DNA of 64,000 bases from Octopus vulgaris (taxonomy: Eukaryota), in NCBI GenBank assembly GCA_951406725.2, contig OX597816.1:3100001-3164000 (forward strand), read 5' to 3'. The notes beneath the pieces are model-generated. The model was not told the origin of the DNA, did no database searches, and saw only the letters and a program-made list of their open reading frames with translations. Every line of letters begins with the position of its first letter. Positions within the stretch are counted from its first letter, which is position 1. Positions 58,705 through 64,000 of the stretch are shown here, in pieces. The position numbers and the translations under genes were made by a program.

Positions 58705-59015
58705 TAAATAATGAAATAAAACAAAGATAACCCAACCAAATCGTTTATCAGCAGTAATAAAATATAATTCATAAAAATGTACACAAAAATATAAATGACC
58801 TCACCTCATCTTCTCTCTCTCCCGCCTTGCCCACCCCGCAAAAAAAAAAATGAAGGAAGAAAAAGATTACGAAATGGATAATATACAAACAGACACACTT
58901 AACACACACACACACACGCATATATACCTGTATATATATGATGTATAATGAATGTTTATGAGGTCGTTTCGGTGTTGATGAGACGATTTCTCTCTGTTAC
59001 TGTTTGTAATCATGG

Positions 59016-59032
59016 TATTATTATTATTATTA

Positions 59033-59120
<88 letters not shown>

Positions 59121-59144
59121 CATTATTATTATTATTATTATTAA

Positions 59145-59197
<53 letters not shown>
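59016..59197. repeat. (ATT)n microsatellite
   Basis: Direct reading. Confidence 0.97.
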
Positions 59198-59199
<2 letters not shown>

Positions 59200-59399
59200 T
59201 TCTGTCCTGAGCAAATGAGGCGTGGGTCTACATGAAGAGGAAGAGGCTACCATTAAAACCAGATGGTAGTTGCTTATTAATCGACTGATATCGGTGGATT
59301 TCAGGAATGTACGTGTGTGTGTGCTTGTGTGCTTGTGTGCTTGTGTGCATATGTGCATGTGTGTGTGTATGTATAATTCACATAGAATCGTTGGGGCAC

Positions 59400-60480
59400 A
59401 TTTCTTGTTGTGTATACTACGACTCTTTACATTCTGGGCTCGAATTCCGCCTAGGTTACACAATATCTTTCGTTAAGGCCACCAGACAAAGAAACATTGT
59501 CTGCCCTTCTCGGCCAAAAGAAGGCCGCAGGACGATCTTCTGAATGGACTTAGCCGAAAGCTGGATCAGTCCTAGACGTGACTGCAGGTGTTCGACATAA
59601 ACCCACAAGTCAGCCATGCTCGGCCACTGGACGAGAGCGTGTAGAACAGTTCCGTCACTCTGCACCTATCTCGGCCGAGCGCTGCTGATGGCACTTCCAC
59701 GCCTATAGAGTTTATCTCAAGCCGTTACATCTCTCCTGTAGCACTGCTAGGCCAGGGCTTTCTAGTACAGACCGGCCCGTTGATTCTCGTCAACACCCAG
59801 AGTTTCCCGAGAACTTCGTCGCACTTGCTCGCCACTAACCTTCTATAGAACACCAAAGTGGAATTTCTACCGACTGCATTACCCGACTGACAAAGGGCTG
59901 TGGGCGCCTGGTAACATTCTAGGTACCAGGCGACCTGCCTGGGTATACCCTTTTTCCAGGACTGTCATGCAGTCAAAGAGACGAGCTGTGGAAGAACGAG
60001 TTTGACAAACAGTAACCCCTATCTGATCCCCGTCAAGGAAGCACTGAGAAGTCGTAGTCTCAGCGGATGTCTGTGCATTAACAACCACGGCAAAGCCCCG
60101 TCCTCCATTTAACGGATGTTGACAACGAATGGAGCGCCTGACAAATGGAACGCGTCCCTTTCATAGAAAGCATAGTATGCGCTCCAGTTTGGTCAAATGT
60201 GAACTGCGGTGAGGCACAACGGTCAAGAGGTAATATATAACGATGTAAGCATTCACTACCTCTGACCGACCTTTCAGATACAGCTTTCTCTCGGTCCATT
60301 TCAGAAGTTCCCGACCAAATCAGACCCCGAGCAATTTTATCAGACACTCCGTGCAGTGTCCTGCGACGCTATTGGATAGCACAGACCTGCCTCTCCAAGT
60401 GCCACATTTTTCCCATCCACATCTTTACCATATGGGGCCTTAACAAAACCCGATAATAGGTATAGATGCCTATTTATCTA
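59400..60480 (-). mobile_element. Older decayed copy of the Tx1/L1-type LINE
   Basis: SDGTVLHALVQWPSMADLWVYVE...PSFGREG aligns with ORF 30584..31072. Confidence 0.8.
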
Positions 60481-60729
60481 ATTACTTGTCTCCTTCTAAA
60501 ATCAGGTACAACTTGGGGGCGATCGGTCGACTTACAGCAACACCGTTCCTCGTCTTGAGTCTTCTTGGTAGAGTGTGTTTGTTAACTCGACAACAAGGTC
60601 ACAGTGAGCTCTCATTGGCTGTATGCAAATGAGTTCATTACTGGGGTCCGGAACTCTCGTGGGAAAAGATTTCGCTTCCAGGATCGTAAAGAAAGAAGAC
60701 GAAAAAAAAACAAAAAACCCAAAACAAAA

Positions 60730-60794
<65 letters not shown>

Positions 60795-60874
60795 GGATAA
60801 GCATATTCAAAGGGGTCTGTAGGAAAACTCATTTAAATAAAAGGGTTCCTAGGTTGTGAAAAGGTTGCGGACCA

Positions 60875-61030
60875 CTGGTCCAGTCGATTACCCATGTGCT
60901 CAAATGGTGCTTCTTTTATCGACCCCGAAAAGAGGAAAGGCAAAGTCGAGCCGGGCGGAATTTGAACGTAGAACGTAGAGTCGGACGAAATGCCACGGAG
61001 CATGTTGTCCGGCATGTTAACAATTCTGCT
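60875..61030 (-). mobile_element. Decayed family-A SINE
   Basis: ttatcgaccccgaaaagaggaaaggcaaagtcg...ggaatttgaac. Confidence 0.8.
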
Positions 61031-61130
61031 ACGTTTTGATTGTTCGTTTCTTTTTTCTTCGCTGAGAAATGAAAGTATTCCTGAAATTTATAATTTTCTA
61101 ATTAAAGGTAAATAAAGATGCGTCTTTATT

Positions 61131-61196
<66 letters not shown>

Positions 61197-61686
61197 ACAA
61201 TGACGAGTCCCTCGGTCTGGTTCAAGTTGCATGACAGAAATAAAGAAGCAAGGGAAGTAACTCTTGTCTTCATAAACGAGTAAAGCTGAGGTCGACGGTT
61301 GCGAGACACAAACATTCGGTGCCACTTGCTAGAAATAGGAGCCAAATCACATCTCCGATCGCACGCTAATGCTTTAAAATTGGAAGGACAATGCAGTTAA
61401 TGGGACGGTAACGACTGCAAGGCTTTCGGTCATTGATTTGTTCGATCAATGTGAATATTGATTAGATGTTCAATCAAGGTTGATCTCGGCTAAACACGAT
61501 AACCACGACGACGACATCACCCCCTCCACGACCACCACAACCAAGACCCCGATTACGACCATGACCACCACCACCATCACGACCACGATCACCACCACCA
61601 CGATCACCACGACCATCGTGACGACGACCATGACCACCGCCGAGTCGGCGGTGGCGACGCCGACCATTACTGACAACAACAACAAG

Positions 61687-61742
<56 letters not shown>

Positions 61743-62611
61743 AATTCAATGAAGACTAAACTACCGATATGAACAACGGCGAGAGAATGTAGGTCAGTGG
61801 TGACCAAGCATTCTAATATCCGGCCACACCCAAAACCTTGACCATTTTTTAGGGCCCACACCAAAAGAAAATAAAACACAAGTCAATTCAAGAAGTCTTT
61901 ATTATATTTATAAAAGGAAGACCGTCCAGTCCGCCGGAAGGATGCTTGAGGGCCGCATATGGCTCTGGGAGCCGCGGTTGAGAACCACTAGTCTACGTGG
62001 TCAGTTTACATGCTAGAAATAACAGCTAAACCTTGTTCAAATCACTCTTGAAAAAGGAAGGACACACAATCGAAGATATTCAGGAGCGAAACATCTGCCG
62101 TTTTGCCTTTATATATTTCTTTTGTCTGGGCCAAGGGCCGCAGCATCTTGACAGACACGGCTGAGATCAAAGTGGAAAGGAGGATATTGAGAGAAGTTGT
62201 CGGGTGGATTGCATTTGTAATTCAGACACCATGTCACTTTGATTCTACCCGGGGTTTACGTTAAGAGGTCAAGTATCGGGTGCCATACTCAACTATTTAC
62301 AGACATTAATTCAATGAGGAAGATATTCAGTTGATCGATCGACTGAACCCCCATCGTCGAAACTGACGGAGATCCATTTTGGGGATGCAAGGATTGCTTC
62401 GGTTATTTTGTACTTCAGAGAAGAGAGAAAAATATAAGCAAACGATATTAACAATATTTAAAAAAAAACTATCTGCACCCCCCTCTCTCTCGCCGACAAT
62501 GAACCAAAACATGTCCAAGTTCTGACGATGACGAAAGGGAAGAATGAACAGAGTTGTGTATGGAGGGAGAGGAGAGAGAGGGAAGATTTTCGTCGCTAAA
62601 ATATATTTCAG

Positions 62612-62663
62612 CTATGACTATCCTAAAAAACCCAAACAAACCAAAGAGTGGACTGTTTTACAG
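62612..62663 (+). CDS. Candidate 52-bp exon (YDYPKKPKQTKEWTVLQ)
   Basis: gctaa..atttcag acceptor and cag|gtatga donor in unique sequence; phase-compatible with 47-229. Confidence 0.2.
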
Positions 62664-63008
62664 GTATGAGGAGAGACCTTTGATAAGAACTCTGTCCATT
62701 TCGAGCTGGTCTGGGGCTAAGCAACAACAGTCGACGCCAATGTTGATATGTATTTCACCTGGAAATCACAGATTCATAACATAGCACAGGTCACACCAGT
62801 GAACCGTATCAAATGTCGGGTGGTCCACAACATGTTGCATCACGAATTATTTACATGTGATAAAAAAACTTAAATCTGCATTAAAAGATTATTTATGTGT
62901 ATTTTATTATACAATGTGTAATGAAGTTTCTTAGTTCAAAATCTTCATGCCCTGCTTTTACTAAAGGTGCCACCATGCTGCCACCCCCACCCTTACTTGA
63001 ACAATTCT

Positions 63009-63764
63009 TATTTCTTTACTACCCACAAGGGACTAAACACAGAGGGGAGAAACAAGGACAGACCAGTGCGTAACTGGTACTTAATTTATCGACCCCGAAA
63101 GGATGAAATGCAAAGTCGACCTCGGCGGAATTTGAACTCAGAACGTAGCGGCAGACGAAATACCTATTTCTTTACTACCCACAAGGGGCTAAACATAGAG
63201 GGGGACAAACAAGGACAGACAAAGGGATTAGGTAGATTACATCGAACTCAGTGTGTAAATGGTACTTAATTTATTGACCCCGAAAGGATGAAAGGCAAAG
63301 TCGACCTCGGCGGAATTTGAACTCAGAACGTAAAGACAGACGAAATACCTATTTCTTTACTACCCACAAGGGGCTAAACACAGAGGGGACAAACAAGGAC
63401 AGACAAACGGATTTAGTCGATTACATCAACCCCAGTGCGTAACTGGTACTTATTTAATCGACCCCGAAATGATGAAAGGCAAAGTCGACCTCGGCAGAAT
63501 TTGAACTCAGAACGTAGCGACAGACGAAATACCTATTTCTTTACTACCCACAAGGGGCTAAACACAGAGGGGACAAACAAGGACAGACAAAGGGATTAAG
63601 TCGATTACATCGACCCCAGTGCGTTATTGGTACTTAATTTATCGACCCCGAAAGGATGAAAGGCAAAGTCGACCTCGGCGGAAATTGAACTCAGAACGTA
63701 GCGGCAGACGAAATACCGCTCGGCATTTCGCCCGGCAAGCTAACGTTTCTGCCAGCTCGCCGCC
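63009..63764 (-). mobile_element. Family-A SINE tetramer (~185-bp units; only the 5'-most unit has the full head)
   Basis: Units start at 63009, 63165, 63350 and 63534; every junction reads gaaatacc|tatttctttac. Confidence 0.95.
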
Positions 63765-63765
63765 T

Positions 63766-64000
63766 TTGAGATCTTCTCAGTCCTGCAGTCTTGTTCTCAT
63801 AGCTTTGATAGCATCTTTTGACCATCACAGACTTCAAGAGATATAACTGCTGGTCCCAAGGTGAAATCAGAGTCGTTGGAGCTGGTTGGTTGAGTGTTTC
63901 TTGAAAGTGTTCCAATTGGGTGGACTCAAACGTTTGTACTGATGTGGAATTTCGTCTATAGACCTCCATCGTTCTGCCTGTTGCAATCTATACCAGTGAA
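63766..64000 (-). mobile_element. Decayed RTE-like LINE fragment
   Basis: EHFQETLNQPAP (RWxEHFxxLLN motif) in ORF 63691..63969. Confidence 0.55.

Noticed and set aside
63534-63717. HDV-like ribozyme starting at the GGUAUUU junction
   Set aside because: A possible P1 partner (AAGUACC) exists, but I could not build P1.1, P3 or J4/2 by eye; unsupported without a motif search.
63009-63764. CRISPR-like array or retrozyme
   Set aside because: No unique spacers and no cas genes; the units are SINE bodies, and I found no hammerhead core in them.

Overview
Eukaryotic, extremely repeat-rich DNA, most likely from an octopus genome (inferred from the tRNA-derived SINE families, microsatellite load and LINE/Penelope spectrum). 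It is non-coding or one very large intron. No intact protein-coding gene is evident: nearly all listed ORFs are translations of microsatellites or decayed transposons. Contents: about 35-40 SINE copies of four families; fragments of RTE, R4/Dong-like, CR1 and Tx1/L1 LINEs; Penelope-like elements (PLEs); a full-length decayed mariner; Tc1, hAT, Helitron and Helentron remnants; and several foldback elements. Highlights: (1) a Nin-domain SINE forms head-to-tail multimers at three loci, always fused at the same nucleotide, where the 3' tail is complementary to an internal arm, and mixing subfamily variants, which suggests RNA-pairing-guided template jumping; (2) that SINE's tail matches the 3' end of a Tx1/L1-type LINE in the window; (3) about 10 hammerhead ribozymes or remnants linked to PLEs, including one canonical copy, a family with a recurrent A6 core change and inverted pairs; (4) two phase-compatible candidate exons at opposite ends of the window. 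All alignments and folds were done by eye, so boundaries are approximate.
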